Assembly (NCBI GenBank): GCA_021613535.1
Contig: CP075493.1
Location: 16,120,001 to 16,184,000 of the forward strand
Reading direction: 5' to 3'
Length of the DNA: 64,000 bases
From: Adineta vaga
Lineage: Eukaryota > Animalia > Rotifera
The notes beneath the pieces were generated by a model. That model saw only the letters and a program-made list of their open reading frames with translations, was not told where the DNA came from and made no database searches. Below are positions 1 to 12,833 of the stretch, piece after piece (within the stretch, counting starts at the first letter, position 1; the number at the start of each line of letters is the position of its first letter). A program made the position numbers and the translations under genes.

Positions 1-1299
1 ATTAAACATGATAAATCATTACGTATTATGCACTAGAGTCCGATTTATAGTGCTAATATAACTATTTTCAAGAAATGAAAAAAAACATGGGTAAAAACGA
101 GCCGTTTTTTTGTAGTCCGACAGGAAGCGGTTTTAATGACACATGATTCAGGGTCCTATCTAATGTAATAAAAAATTAGATAGATTTACAAGAGATGGTA
201 GTCTTATAAAAAAAAAGTGATACTTCGTAGGTGAAAATTTAGATGTCCTATATATCATAGAATCTAGTTCTAGAATGCATACATAGGACCACTCAAACAT
301 GAAGAATTCGATTAGCACACCAGCGCGAATAAAAAGTGAAGAATTAAAGAGAGAGAGAGAGGATATGACTTTTAGAGAAGTTTTAGAAAAATTAGGATTT
401 TGGAGGTTTAGAACCCTTCAGTATTTTGCATTTTTCTTGACGAAAACTTGATCAAAATTAAAAAAACAATACTATATTCGTGATCAGCGTGAAGAACTGC
501 ATCTAGTTATGCATCTTTGTGCCAAAACTCGGAGATGCTGTAATTTCGCTTTAATTGCACCTTACAAATCAGGAGTATTCGAGTAATTGTATTAAGTAAG
601 CGTACTTTAAACGAATTGTTTGATTCATTTTTATACTGATTGTCACGAATGAAAACTTGTTATTTTTGTTTCTTCTTATAGAAAACGAAATTTTATATGA
701 CATTAGAATTATATCTGATGAGAATTACTATAGAAAGATGCGTAAGTAGAGAGGAATACGACTAAAGGTTTGAAAATAACAAATGATAATATCAGAGGGG
801 GGAAAATTTCGATGTCTTATGAATAGTTGCTGTCAAAAAGACATACCAATAAAAACAACATTTATAATTTGATTGTGTCGACGTTCTGCTGGGTGTGGAT
901 GGGCGTGTTTACAGATAAGAAAATAATTCGAAGCAATCATACGATCGCGATTTAGTCACTTGTTCGGCTAGTTTGCTGATTCTGAAGATAGAAGAAAGAA
1001 GTTTATAATATATGAATGATGCATTACTTGTCGTCAATAGGTAATAGATGATCAGGCTTGGTTTGGATGTTTGTATATGTGAATGTGTATAATCTAAAAA
1101 GGATTACATAGATGTGTTGATGAAGAGATGGAAGGTAGAATGATAGATGAGTAACAGAGGAATAATAAATGGGTTTTATTTGAAGAAAAAAAAGTAAAAG
1201 TCTTTGTGTTGGTAAAGGAAAAAGTAGGAGGAATTGTACATTAGTATTGAATGAGAGAGGAAAAGTGTTTTTTGTTGAAATTTAAATGCAGAAATGATA

Positions 1300-2275
1300 T
1301 TAGTTTTCTGTTGATTCTATTTTGGTTAGTATTTCTCTTGATGGTTTTTTATGAATTAAGTATTGTTCAAGTGTTCGATTGGTGTTTCCTATCAGAAGAA
1401 TGCGTACATTATTCAGATCATTGGGGCCATATTTAAAATGTTTATTCCACCATTGATTGAATTGTTTTGGAAAGTGTGTTGTTAGAGCACTATCATATTT
1501 ATATTTTACATACATAATTGATTTATTCCATGGTTTTTTTTGTAAGACAGCAGGATATTGAATTGGATCTTTTATCGAGGCATTCAGTTGTTTTTTACGT
1601 CGTGAAGGTTTATGTAGTACTTCATGATGTAATCGTTGATAGATATCTGTATCTAATTGTTCTAAGACAGGAAGTGCATTGTAGTTGTGAAAAAAGTTTT
1701 TAAATTGGTAAGTGATAAATCTTGGTGGATAATTATTTAATAAGAGAGACATGTCAATACGAATACGTTCTGTAATAAAGTCTTCGACATGCGAACAAAG
1801 ACGAGCTGCACGTAATAAAGCTGTATATGGTATATTACGATGAATATGACGTGGATGATCTGATGTATAAAGTAATATATATGGTTCGGCAGTTGGTTTA
1901 TGATAGATCGATGTTCGTAATTGACCATTTTCATTAGTAATTGATACATCGAGAAAATTGACTGACAAACTAATTTCTGGTGTTATCTTAATATTAATAT
2001 CTTTGATTTGAGCTTTTTGTAATTCCACTTGTACCTCGGCAATTGGTTGATTCGTAACGATGAAGATATCATCAATATATCTAAGGAAGAAACATAATAG
2101 AATCAATCTATTTCCTTGGTGAATACATTACATACCTGCCATAGATTCCATTATGTTGGTGTATATATGCAATTAAGTCTTGTTCCCGTTCCAACATATA
2201 AATATTGGCTAGAACTTGTGTGAAAGCGGAACCCATGGCTCCACCACGTATTTGTTTGTAGTATTTATCAAAGTA
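1300..2275 (-). mobile_element. 5'-truncated Penelope-like (Athena-type) reverse transcriptase, C-terminal half, with intron
   Basis: QIRGGAMGS motif; YGR|YIDD split by a GT-AG intron (about 2080-2134); FLDV, IYHKPT and SDHPRHIH motifs; no GIY-YIG domain before the stop; clearly homologous to the RT at 21302-22658. Confidence 0.9.
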
Positions 2276-2454
2276 ACGCTCGTCGTGCCGACTCACTCAA
2301 CCCTCGACTGTGGAGAACAGGTATTTCTAGTTAGACCCAATAGTGAAACGAATTGATCCGCCAACTTACCATACGAGAAAACCGCTCAAATGTTACTGCT
2401 GAAATGTGTAGTAACCTTCGAAAACAAAATAATAACTTTTTCTATAAAACAATC

Positions 2455-2533
2455 TCACCCAACATCCCCCACACCCTACACCCACCAACGGTATCACCCA
2501 ACATCCTCACCCACCCACACTCATACCCACACC
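2455..2533. repeat. Degenerate C-rich telomeric-like (CACACC/CTCACC)n tract
   Basis: Repeated caccc/cacacc hexamer variants. Confidence 0.6.
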
Positions 2534-2959
2534 GTAGTTTATAGAGAATAGAATTGAATGGTGATCAGAGTAGGAATGTTAAATTTTAGTTATTGAAGGT
2601 GAAATATATAGTTATAAAGTAAGTCTATTTAAAACGGTGATGATTGTAAGATAAAAGTTTGTTTTAAAAGTTATTTAGATTCTATTGAACTATTGAAATA
2701 AAAATGTGATATCTTCCTGTGAGCGTCAACGGTTGTTACTTTATGACTGCTCGATATTCGATATTTGACATATTTGAAATAGCACTATACAAAATGACTA
2801 GAAAAACGTTTTATTTCTAATTAAAGAAACGCGCCAATTAGATCAAAAACTGTATATTGTAATAATATTGCGCCCTCTATAGAATGACAGAAAGCAAATG
2901 CCTTGCGGATGTACCGTGAAATGAGTTGCACGAACTTTTCGGACAACCTATTAACAGAA

Positions 2960-3029
2960 GGTGTGGGTATGAATGTGATGATGAGATAATACTTTTACCC
3001 ACACCCACACCAACACCCACACCCACCCC
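2960..3029. repeat. Head-to-head telomeric-repeat hairpin
   Basis: ggtgtgggt, then a short AT-rich spacer, then (acccac)n. Confidence 0.7.
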
Positions 3030-3856
3030 ATCTATTTCCCTTGTCATACTTCGACCGATAATATCGTTCAATATTCATCCGCATATGAAGAAATATTGAT
3101 GATTTAGATTTAAATCGATCTTCTCTCATAGAAACTGATTAAAATTGGTTTTTCACAAATGGTGGATTTTAATGGATTTTTTTCTAAATAAAAATCTGAT
3201 TATAACTTGATGAAAGTCGTACCATTTTAATACATTTTTTATCATGAAAAGAAGCAATTAAAATCAAATTTTTTACCGTTTATTTTTACATGGGCTATGA
3301 ATAAGATTCGGAAAACGCAACAACTTTCATCGGATCTTTCGACAATTACCGTCTTCTCGATGAAATCTTTGACATTGAGTAGAACAAATGACCATTGTGT
3401 ACTCAGAGCTGTTTCTAGACTTAAAAATTCAAAATTTTCCGTCACAAAAACCCTCATTGTGGTTTCTTTCACTTTAAGATCTACCGAGATGATCGTGTAA
3501 TCATACAGTAAGTGATTAAAATTAATTATCAGTCAACTGTGATCGAAATCATCAATCTGGTTGTTATCTAGGAATTAATCAGATTTTAATTAGTTTTAGT
3601 TTTGATTCTGTTGCAGAAAAATCAGATTTTTGATTATGATTATCCCCATAGGATTTTGAAATTTTAAGCAATTCTAATCCTGAAAAATTTTCACTAGGTA
3701 TCGTGAATTTCAAGAAATCAGATTAACATCAGATAAAAATTATGTCTTTTTGAACTTAAAAAATGCATTTCTGCCGACTAAATAATCAAATAGTCGATTT
3801 TTGTATTAGTTTTTGGCAAAATTGCTTTTAAACATCAATGACGAATTATGAATTAA

Positions 3857-4468
3857 TTGATTTTCACTGAAAACAATTTGATCAATGACATAAGTTTTGA
3901 ACATGCAGAAAAAGCCGATGTATGTCTCGTATTAGGCTCTTCAATACGCGTTCCACTAGCAGCGTATGTTCCGCAAAGAGTCAGTGAACGTGGTGGTAAA
4001 TTAGCTATGGACAATTTACAATTGACTTCATCAGCTCCATTAGCTCAACTCAATATTCACGCCTTATGCGACGATCTTATGCGCGGATTGATGGCTAAAT
4101 TAGACATTTCCATACCCGACTGGGAGCTTCATCGACGAGTACGTGCTATCATTCAAAAACAAAGAATTAAGATTATGGGTCTCGATGTTGATCAAGACAT
4201 TTCATACACACTTTTTTTCGAGAGTGAGAATACGAGTTCAACAAGGAACTTTATCGAAATACGAATCCAGAAAGCTCATAGGTCGAGAATCTATCGAACA
4301 TAAAATACCGGTCAATGATAGTACTGGTAATATGGACGTTTATATTGAATTGCATTGGCAAGGCAACTACAATGAACCGATGTATACGCTTCGAACATGA
4401 TTAACAGATTCGAGAAAAGACGTACACCTTTTTTATAATCCAAAATTGCGTGTCTGGCGGGAGCAATA
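3857..4468 (+). pseudogene. Sirtuin (SIRT6/7-like) C-terminal half, frameshifted and 5'-truncated
   Basis: ADVCLVLGSSI and NLQLT...NIHALCDDLM match the sirtuin GTSL and NLQxT motifs; reading continues in another frame (4143-4400) after a T-run near 4212; N-terminal GAGIS motif absent. Confidence 0.75.
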
Positions 4469-4724
4469 AAGTGTTCAAGTAAAAAATCTAACGAATAGTT
4501 TTGTACTTATCTTGCATGATTGATATTTTACTTCGAAAATTAAATGATTTTTTTGAGAATTTTTGTGTAAACAATTAAAGTCTTGATAAAATAATTTGTT
4601 TGACGAATTATCATTGAAGACAAACAAAAAGAAAACAATTCAAATCTTCTAGATTTTACGTCAGGCATCTCGTCGTTTGTCGAAACAGCGGTAATACTAT
4701 TCAGCATCTCGAGGCAATGCAGTT

Positions 4725-5058
4725 ATCTTGAGGGTGTGGATATAGGCGAGAGTAAGTGGGTGCAGGTGCGACTGCGGGTGGGTAAGTGGGCGTAGATGTG
4801 GTAGAAGATAAAAGAATACACCCACCCACACCCTCAAGTTCTTCATATGACTGCTAATGATCCAACAGCTATACTTGTACTTACACAAAATATGTTTAAT
4901 CTTTTGTACATTATATGTTAAATATGAACGTGATTCATGAAAACGTAAATCTGGAGCTGATCTTAGCAAATATTTATAATATTTTGAGGGTATGAGTGAG
5001 GGTGGATGAGAGTACGAAAAGAAAGATGAATCCTCACCCACACCCTCACCCTCAAGAT
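4725..5058. repeat. Two adjacent telomeric-repeat hairpins (4727-4838, 4984-5055)
   Basis: Each is TTGAGGGT..spacer..ACCCTCAA; the outer 12 bp ATCTTGAGGGTG / CACCCTCAAGAT are perfectly inverted. Confidence 0.75.
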
Positions 5059-5421
5059 TAATAAATCGGTAATTATATTGATTTTCTTTAATATTTGTTA
5101 ACTGATGTTGAAAAAAAAAATACTTTGATTTATTTCAATATCTATATACCTACTTTAATACTGTTCGTGTTCGTGTTCATGTATTGTAAGAGAGAAATTT
5201 AGTTTTGGGTGAAAATGATCGATAGAGGATCGAAAATTTCTAGAATAAAATAAAACAACTTTTTGTTTAAATTTCATTATGTACTATATTTTTCATTATT
5301 ATTATGATTATATTAAATTTGCTCAAAATCTCATGTTCATTTATTCTTTGAACATGCTTTCAAAATTATTTCGCAATAGATTTTTCTTTTTAGAGCAAAC
5401 GAAAAAGCTTATAAGAAATTA

Positions 5422-7533
5422 TTAGAATTTTCTGTTTACACGATCCAGATTCTTTTCGAATATTATTAAATTTGGATGGTTCGAGGATAATGAAAGTTTT
5501 CCAGCATTCACAGCATATTCATAATATAGACGTGCTACCGGGTAATTAGACATACTTTCGTACACTAAACCGATATTGCTATAATATTTGGATAATTCAG
5601 GATGATTTGATGGAAGTGATTTTTGTTGAACTTCAAGAGCTTTTTCGAAGAACAAAAGTGCTTTCAAAAAATCCCTCTTTTTTGCATACACATTACCAAT
5701 GTCGTTATAGGATTTAGCAAAATCAGGATGATTTGGAGGTAGCGATCTTTGGCGGATTTCAAGTCCTTTTTCGAGGTACGAAAGTGCTGTCGAATATTTC
5801 CCCTTATCGCTATACACTCCACCAATATTGTTATAGGAACGAGCCAAATCAGGATGATTTGGTGAAAGTGATTGTTGTCGGATTTTAAGAGCTTTTTCGT
5901 GACACTCAAGTGCTTTCGAATACTCTCTCATTATATCATACACCACACCGATGTCGTTGTAGTACTTAGCTACGTCTGGATGATTAGAAGGAAGAAATTG
6001 CTGTTGAATTTCGAGAGCTTTTTTGTGAAATGAAAGTGCTTTGGAGTGATCGCCTATGTTACCGTAGACATTACCGATATTGTTGTAAGACGTAGCCAAA
6101 TAAGGATGATTAGATGAAAACTTTTCTTGTTTTATTGTAAGTGATTTTTCATAATATATGATTGCCTCTCGATATTTTCCTTGATCATATTTCGCCAACC
6201 CAAGTTGATGATAAAGAGATGCGTTTCCATCCTTATTCATTGGCTGTTCTAATAGCATATCATAAATTTTTTGAGCTTTGTCGGGATGACCCATTAAAAA
6301 GAGTAATTGTCCTAATCGGTCCCATCCTATTGAGTTAGGAAACGTTTCTTCACTTATACGATCAGAAAGCACACGAAGATCTTGATCATTATCATTCGTA
6401 AGTGTCAAATTCACCTGATAGAGTCCTTTATATTCACTGCTCGGCATAACATCTCGAATACGAAAAACTGAATGCATTGAAAAGATCACTTCATCCTCAT
6501 CCTTGTGATGGCTGATGTCTCTAATTGAAGCGAATGGTGTTGTTGATTTAGATGGATCAACATTTATGACAAAGAGAACTCCTACGAGTTCAGGATTATT
6601 TCGATCAGGATCCGCAAAAATAAAAGAAACACCTTTAGTTTCACTAGTTGATAAGAAATTATTGAAGCATATAAGTCCGCCCTTATTTTTTGTCATTTGG
6701 TCAATGTCTGCTTTCAGCAATTGTTGACCGCGATATACTGTAAAAGAGCTATTGAAACGATGTTCATGAAACTGTTCTGAGTATAATCGCTCGATATCGT
6801 TAAGTAAATCCTTGATATAGAAACCCATTCTGAGAATAACTTCTACATCCATCAATCGAAGAGCACGATTCACCCATGAATATAAAAAATATTCACGACT
6901 GTACCACCAAATTGGTCTTTCGTCGCGATACTTCTGTTCGAATTTCTCGATGTCTTTTAACTTCGAAAAATCATTACTAGATACAACCCGACAGTAATGA
7001 ATAAATTCCTGAAGATGTATTTGCTCAAAGTTAATTGTTAATAATATTTCTTTGAGAATTTGGGTGTACATAAAAGATGAATCTAACTCATTCAACTTCT
7101 TGTTTGTGATGTCACTACTTGTACCCATAAAACTGATCGATGTCGCATTTTGTTCAAGCTCACCAGCAAGTGTCCTCAGGCTTTGACAGATTGATGTAAC
7201 TTGAGTAAATACACCTCTGATTTTTGACCAATTCTCAGCCCATTGTTCACATACTACCGCGTTTTCGCCAAAGATAAATATAGTATGAAGTTGTATGATA
7301 TTATGAATTAGAGGCACAATGTTTATACATAATGCATCAGAAATTATCAGAATAATGTTTCTGTCGCAAATATCCATAAGAAAGTCTACGCATTGATCAC
7401 TGTCAGTAAATGTTTCGATAGTGTTAGCAACACTTTTAAATTGTGTGATCATGTTGTGATACTTAGTACTATTTTTATCAGTACTATTGTCCAACCAAAT
7501 CAATAAAATATTTGGTACCATCTGCTCATTCAT
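5422..7533 (-). CDS. Mono-ADP-ribosyltransferase (R-S-E type) fused to TPR repeats
   Basis: Intronless ORF of about 700 aa; VYRGQ, FLSTS and EDEVIF catalytic motifs; C-terminal 42-aa TPR units (HPDLAxSYNNIG); first ATG at 7533, start uncertain. Confidence 0.9.
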   Translation of the reverse strand: MNEQMVPNILLIWLDNSTDKNSTKYHNMITQFKSVANTIETFTDSDQCVDFLMDICDRNIILIISDALCINIVPLIHNIIQLHTIFIFGENAVVCEQWAENWSKIRGVFTQVTSICQSLRTLAGELEQNATSISFMGTSSDITNKKLNELDSSFMYTQILKEILLTINFEQIHLQEFIHYCRVVSSNDFSKLKDIEKFEQKYRDERPIWWYSREYFLYSWVNRALRLMDVEVILRMGFYIKDLLNDIERLYSEQFHEHRFNSSFTVYRGQQLLKADIDQMTKNKGGLICFNNFLSTSETKGVSFIFADPDRNNPELVGVLFVINVDPSKSTTPFASIRDISHHKDEDEVIFSMHSVFRIRDVMPSSEYKGLYQVNLTLTNDNDQDLRVLSDRISEETFPNSIGWDRLGQLLFLMGHPDKAQKIYDMLLEQPMNKDGNASLYHQLGLAKYDQGKYREAIIYYEKSLTIKQEKFSSNHPYLATSYNNIGNVYGNIGDHSKALSFHKKALEIQQQFLPSNHPDVAKYYNDIGVVYDIMREYSKALECHEKALKIRQQSLSPNHPDLARSYNNIGGVYSDKGKYSTALSYLEKGLEIRQRSLPPNHPDFAKSYNDIGNVYAKKRDFLKALLFFEKALEVQQKSLPSNHPELSKYYSNIGLVYESMSNYPVARLYYEYAVNAGKLSLSSNHPNLIIFEKNLDRVNRKF

Positions 7534-10500
7534 TAATACGTAAACGCTCAATCACATTGTTTGAAGAGGCAAATAGTCGGCATGTCATTCTTGTACAATC
7601 TTGATTTCTTCGCTGTTATCAGTTGTTCTTTTTCGTAAATTTTTGTTTGAATGTGGTTGATTTGAAATGATTGAAAAGACTACTTGTAAAATAATAATAA
7701 AAATAACTTATTTTTGTAAGACGTATACTTGTTCTTCAGATTTTTCTCTCTTACTGCTCTTATTCTTTTTCCTATTTATATTAGAAGACACCATATGTTT
7801 CATTATTAAATACTATGAAAGATATATCAGTTTCACTCTCACGATGAATGCTAGAACAAAAACGAAAATGCAACCTTGCATAAATGTGTTTTGTTGTTCT
7901 TAAGGATACGACTGTGGGAGTAGATGTGTCATACTTTTTCTACACCCCCTATAAAGTATTCTCTATTAAAGGTTTCCTGAAACAGACTATTTTTTCGGTT
8001 GAAATATGCCTACTAATAACTTGGTTTGGCTGTAATAACAGCCCGAAATGTCAGAACAGACTTTTCACTTTCGACTTTCATCTCTGTTGTAAATGACAAG
8101 CTAAATATTCTTTGATTTGATGTATTGGAAGTGCGTTGTATTATCTTATAAATCGACCATTTTGTAATTGAATAGGTTACTCATCTGCTACAGAATATTT
8201 TAATCCTGCTATGTTACTTTATTTTTACGGCTAATTCTCTGCAGTATCCGAAGTTTTAACTCTTTCAGAACGAGTAGCCACTATAAGGTTCACTAACTGA
8301 TTTTAAATAGAGACATATCTGATTCACTGACGAATGAGAATAACTATATATGGACAATAATATACTCATTGTAATGATATATACACAATTTCATTGTTGA
8401 GATCCATCTTTATTATTCTTCTTTTTCCGGTCTGCATCAATCCGCGATCCTATCATTCTGATTCTAATATACCGTATATGTTTTTTCTTCTTTTCGTTTC
8501 TTATGAATCATACGTGTTGTCTCTCACATTTTCCAATGAACTATTGACTTTCTAATACCTTCTAAAGACTAATTTCTCTTTCCCCACTCCAATATATATA
8601 TACTTATATACGTCGTTGGAAACTTTCTGATTCATTGATCAGTAATCAATTACACTCGCAAACGACACATTAGAAAAATACTCCATACTACTACAAGTTT
8701 CCTCTCGTTTATTTTGCTGATCTTTGAATACCTTATGGCTGCATTCGGACACAAGGGAAGTACAGAAGTAACTGAAGCCTATATGACTTTCGAGTCCCTC
8801 GCGGAAAATTTTTTAAACAGATACCGGTGTAAGACGCGTTTTTTCCATAATGATCGTGATTATGTGATTAAAGACCGCAATGTTCTCTATAAACTGCAAC
8901 GCTATCCATCGTTGAAAACCGTGGTTTTGAAAAAGCTTCATTAGATGTAGATTAGTTGCTGTATTCGACAAACGCCATCTTTTATAGTTGTATATATTTG
9001 GAGAAGCCTAAGAAAATTTGAAAGTCGTGATCAGAGAGCGAAATAGAAGCTATAGTTAGTTCTGAGAATTTGTGAGTTTCTCCTCGGAACCCTTCATAGT
9101 ATCGCTAACGTCGTGTTTTCAAGCTCAAGATTAACAGAATTTTAAAAGTAAATCGACAAGTTGGATAGTTCAAACAATAATCAGTTTACCGTGAGGATCT
9201 ATGAATGAATAAAATAATTGTCGGAATCATGAGAGAGCCAACGAGTAAATGTTTCCAACTATTTAAACTTCTGAGAGTTATTTGGACTTTGTGTAAAATA
9301 TAGACCTTAATAAGATTAAAAAAATTAAAAAATATTCAATTTCTCAAGATTTTTCTAATCAGCCTTTCAAGTTTTCTACTAAGATTTTAGATTATACTGG
9401 GGTATATAACGATAAATCGATTGACGATATTTGAATTCGTGACTAAGTTCACGAATTGATCTGTTTAGGAATACGATGCGCGGAAATTTTCCGTCGCGAA
9501 TTAGTTAAGCGTTATAGATGACTGAAAGAACGCAAAAGACTAAATCTTCCGATTTTTACAAATTTCACTGTATCGAGAAGGAACGAATCTTTTCGACTGA
9601 ACTCCTTATAGTATTTTGTTCATAGATGGATACGTTTATGAACAGAATCTGAAGTAGAAATGTCGTCATTAGGTTTATTGATAAATACTCTAACGTCCAA
9701 CAGACTTACACTGGAATAAAATACCTATAATTCTGGATAGAAAAGATGAACGGAATTTAAATTTCCGAATTTTTTCATATTTGAGTGAGATTTATGTTTT
9801 TTCAAAAAGTGCGAACTCAGAAGAGACTGAATAGGTGAAAATATTGTAAGGTATGAATTACTCGAATAAAATCTTCACTTTCTGCACAGTAAGCCAGTAA
9901 GATGTCGATGATAATATTAAGCAAAAAATATGAATTAAAAGGCTTGCACGAAAATTTCTATCCTATCTGTCATTTCGTATCTACAAAACTGATCAATGCT
10001 GGGTAGAAATTATTCAGTCATGCATGAAAGCTATACATTTTGAAGCGCAAAAACATGTTCTGCAGTGAAAATAAGTATAACAGCTAGAAGAAATGCTTCT
10101 AAACTCGTTCATATTAGAAGAAAACTTTTTACTACGTTTCCATTTGTGCTTCTATTTCTTATACTGACAAACCGCTTCTACATTGTCTTGCCAACACCAT
10201 TGTTTGCATTTGTTCATCTTATATTTAATGGTGTTGATTTTTTTCGGAAGGAAAAATCAAATAATAATCGAAGAAAAGCTTTTTGAAGGAAAAAGAGGAA
10301 AAAAGAGAGCAGGAAGCTATGTTTTATAGTGTTTAATCTTTTACTTCGTCTGTCTGAGTAGGAAAAAAGTAAAAAAACACTATTTTTTATTCTTTTACGC
10401 ATCCTTTATAGTGTTGTTTGAAGTAACTATGATGTAGTTCACGATTTCTGATACGGATAGTCATCAAAGATGACTAAATTCTGATTTTGTTTTGTAAAAA

Positions 10501-12833
10501 CTACTATTTTTTCAGTTTCTTAAGACGTTATTGAAGCTCACTCAAAAACATAAAGTACGTTGAGCCTTCCCAAGCCTCCGCTACTTCAAATCAGGGAAGT
10601 TTGAACCTCTCCAAGCCTCATGCCTCCATTGCCTATGATGTAACAGCAAACGTTTGACAAATCTTTATTTCAGTGAAATCTTAATTTAAATTCTGCTTGG
10701 CTGGTGAGAGTATATATATACAGTAGAACCCCTCTTACTGAACACCCCTCCTTAGTGAAAACTATTTTCCAGTTCCGACTATATAATTTTCCTCTGTAAT
10801 GGGAACATTGTAGAGGGTGTTGTTACATTTCAACTTAAAACAGTGTATTCTATTGGCTAGTCTGATTTTTGACTATAGAGAAAAAGCTGTTAGCGCAAGT
10901 CCTGTGGGATTAAAATGTAAAATACGATGAACCTTCGGATATTTTGTAACGTACATACAGCTTCTATGATTTTGCGTATACAGTGCAAGTATTTACTAGA
11001 AGTACCGGCTTTTGAGAGGGAGGGGCACGGGAAAGGAGGTCATCGAGTCTGTCAGTCACGTCCGTGGGGGTGGGAGAGGATGGGTGCAAATTTTTGCCCT
11101 TATACACTTCAGCACTCTCTTTCAGATCATGTTTCACAAAATACTATTAAGTGTATAACACGAAATATATATTGTGTACTTTTCTGCTGACAAGTTTCAT
11201 TCACTAAAAAGCAAATGTATGTTTGTCTGTTAGAACGGTCAAAATTAGAGATTAGTTTCAAGGATTAAAAAAAACATACTTTATTGTAATTGTTAATGGC
11301 CAAAAGAAGTAAAGTTGTATATTTCTTTCAATTCATTATAAGTCGAATTAGGCAGCTACTCTGTTTTTCTCACTCTCTTTTGCTTCCTTTGGTATGCATA
11401 CCATTTGCTTGATGGGAGGAGGTGTCATGTACTTCGTCCATGATTCTTATACTCCTCAACAAATTTCATTCCCCTTCATTCCATTGTTCTCTTCTTCCTG
11501 TCTCTTCCATCAATAAAAATCTATCACACAGTTAACGATAGAGCACTACGAAATGTAGATTCACATAGTTTGGTTATACACATTTATGGGCAAATAAAAC
11601 ATGAATATTAACTTTACTTTGATCTACGAAAAAAATGAACTAAACAAAACGATTTTTGTATTCATATTGAAATACAAATAAATTTTCAATCAGAATATTC
11701 TTTTATTAAAATAAATTGATTAATTTTCGTTTAAAATGACGACAGATTAAATAAAATTCTTTTCGAAAACTTTTTGATGTTATTCTATAGAAATAAAATG
11801 TTATCTAAAATAGATTTTTTTTCTATATTTCTTGAATATATAAAAAGAGTATTACGAAAACTTGAATTTGCATAGTTTTATTGAACTAGTTTTTGTAATT
11901 ACACGAAAATGAGAAGAACTAGAGCTTTCAGCACATCAAGTGCCATCGTCAGTAGGTGAATAATGTTGTGATGATGTTACAGCGAGTGATAGTGAACTAT
12001 ATTTGATTATTACTGAATATGAAATACAAATAATAACAAATGATAGAATAATATCCAGAGTATTTTGATTTATCTAGTCATCATGTTTAAGCTAGGTTTT
12101 GTAGTCCAGGCCCGAAAGTATAGATGTTATCGTGTATGATGATATGTTCAATGTTGCTCTTTGTTAGATATAGATATCGGTGGTCTAGAAGATGATGATA
12201 TCGGTGATATCTTTTTAGTTATCTTTGTTATAAGTTGAATACTGTACCTTGTTTGATTGTTAATTTGATGATATATGAGGTTAGATATATGTTCGATGTA
12301 TGATTTCCGAATGATCTAGGTTTTCTGTCTGTAGTTTAAATTGAGAGAAGATTTTTCTTGATAGTCACTGTTGTTTTTATTTACTTACAAGCAAGTACTG
12401 ATTCTTCTCTTCGCTATTCAACTTTGACATTGGTACCTATTATTCAAGATAAGTGATCATTATTATGTGCGAGAGATTATAGTTTTATTGAGTTTTAAAA
12501 AGATAAAAACCTTTCCTCTTCCCACCCCTTCCCAATCAGGGGTGACGGGTTCTTCACCGAGAGGTGCTAACATAATAGCCGATCAATAATATGATCAAGG
12601 CACATATGCCAGCGAGTTTGTGTGGTCCTGAGCTCAAGTGAGAAATTATCAAGGGGGAAAAAGCAGGACTTCAGACTTCAGAAGTCCAGAAATACCGAGA
12701 AGTACCAAGAAGTCCAAAGAAGTAGAAAAATGCATCTAAAAATAAATAAAAAATTTTGATGTGTAGTTGGATATATAGAAAATGTACTTTCAAAAAAAAG
12801 ATTCTATTTCAAGAAGTAATCAAATGTATATAT

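Noticed and set aside
715-755. CTGATGAG..GAAA as a hammerhead
   Set aside because: No convincing stem II or stem I pairing
8700-12400. Possible decayed coding sequence
   Set aside because: No motif could be supported; short ORFs only
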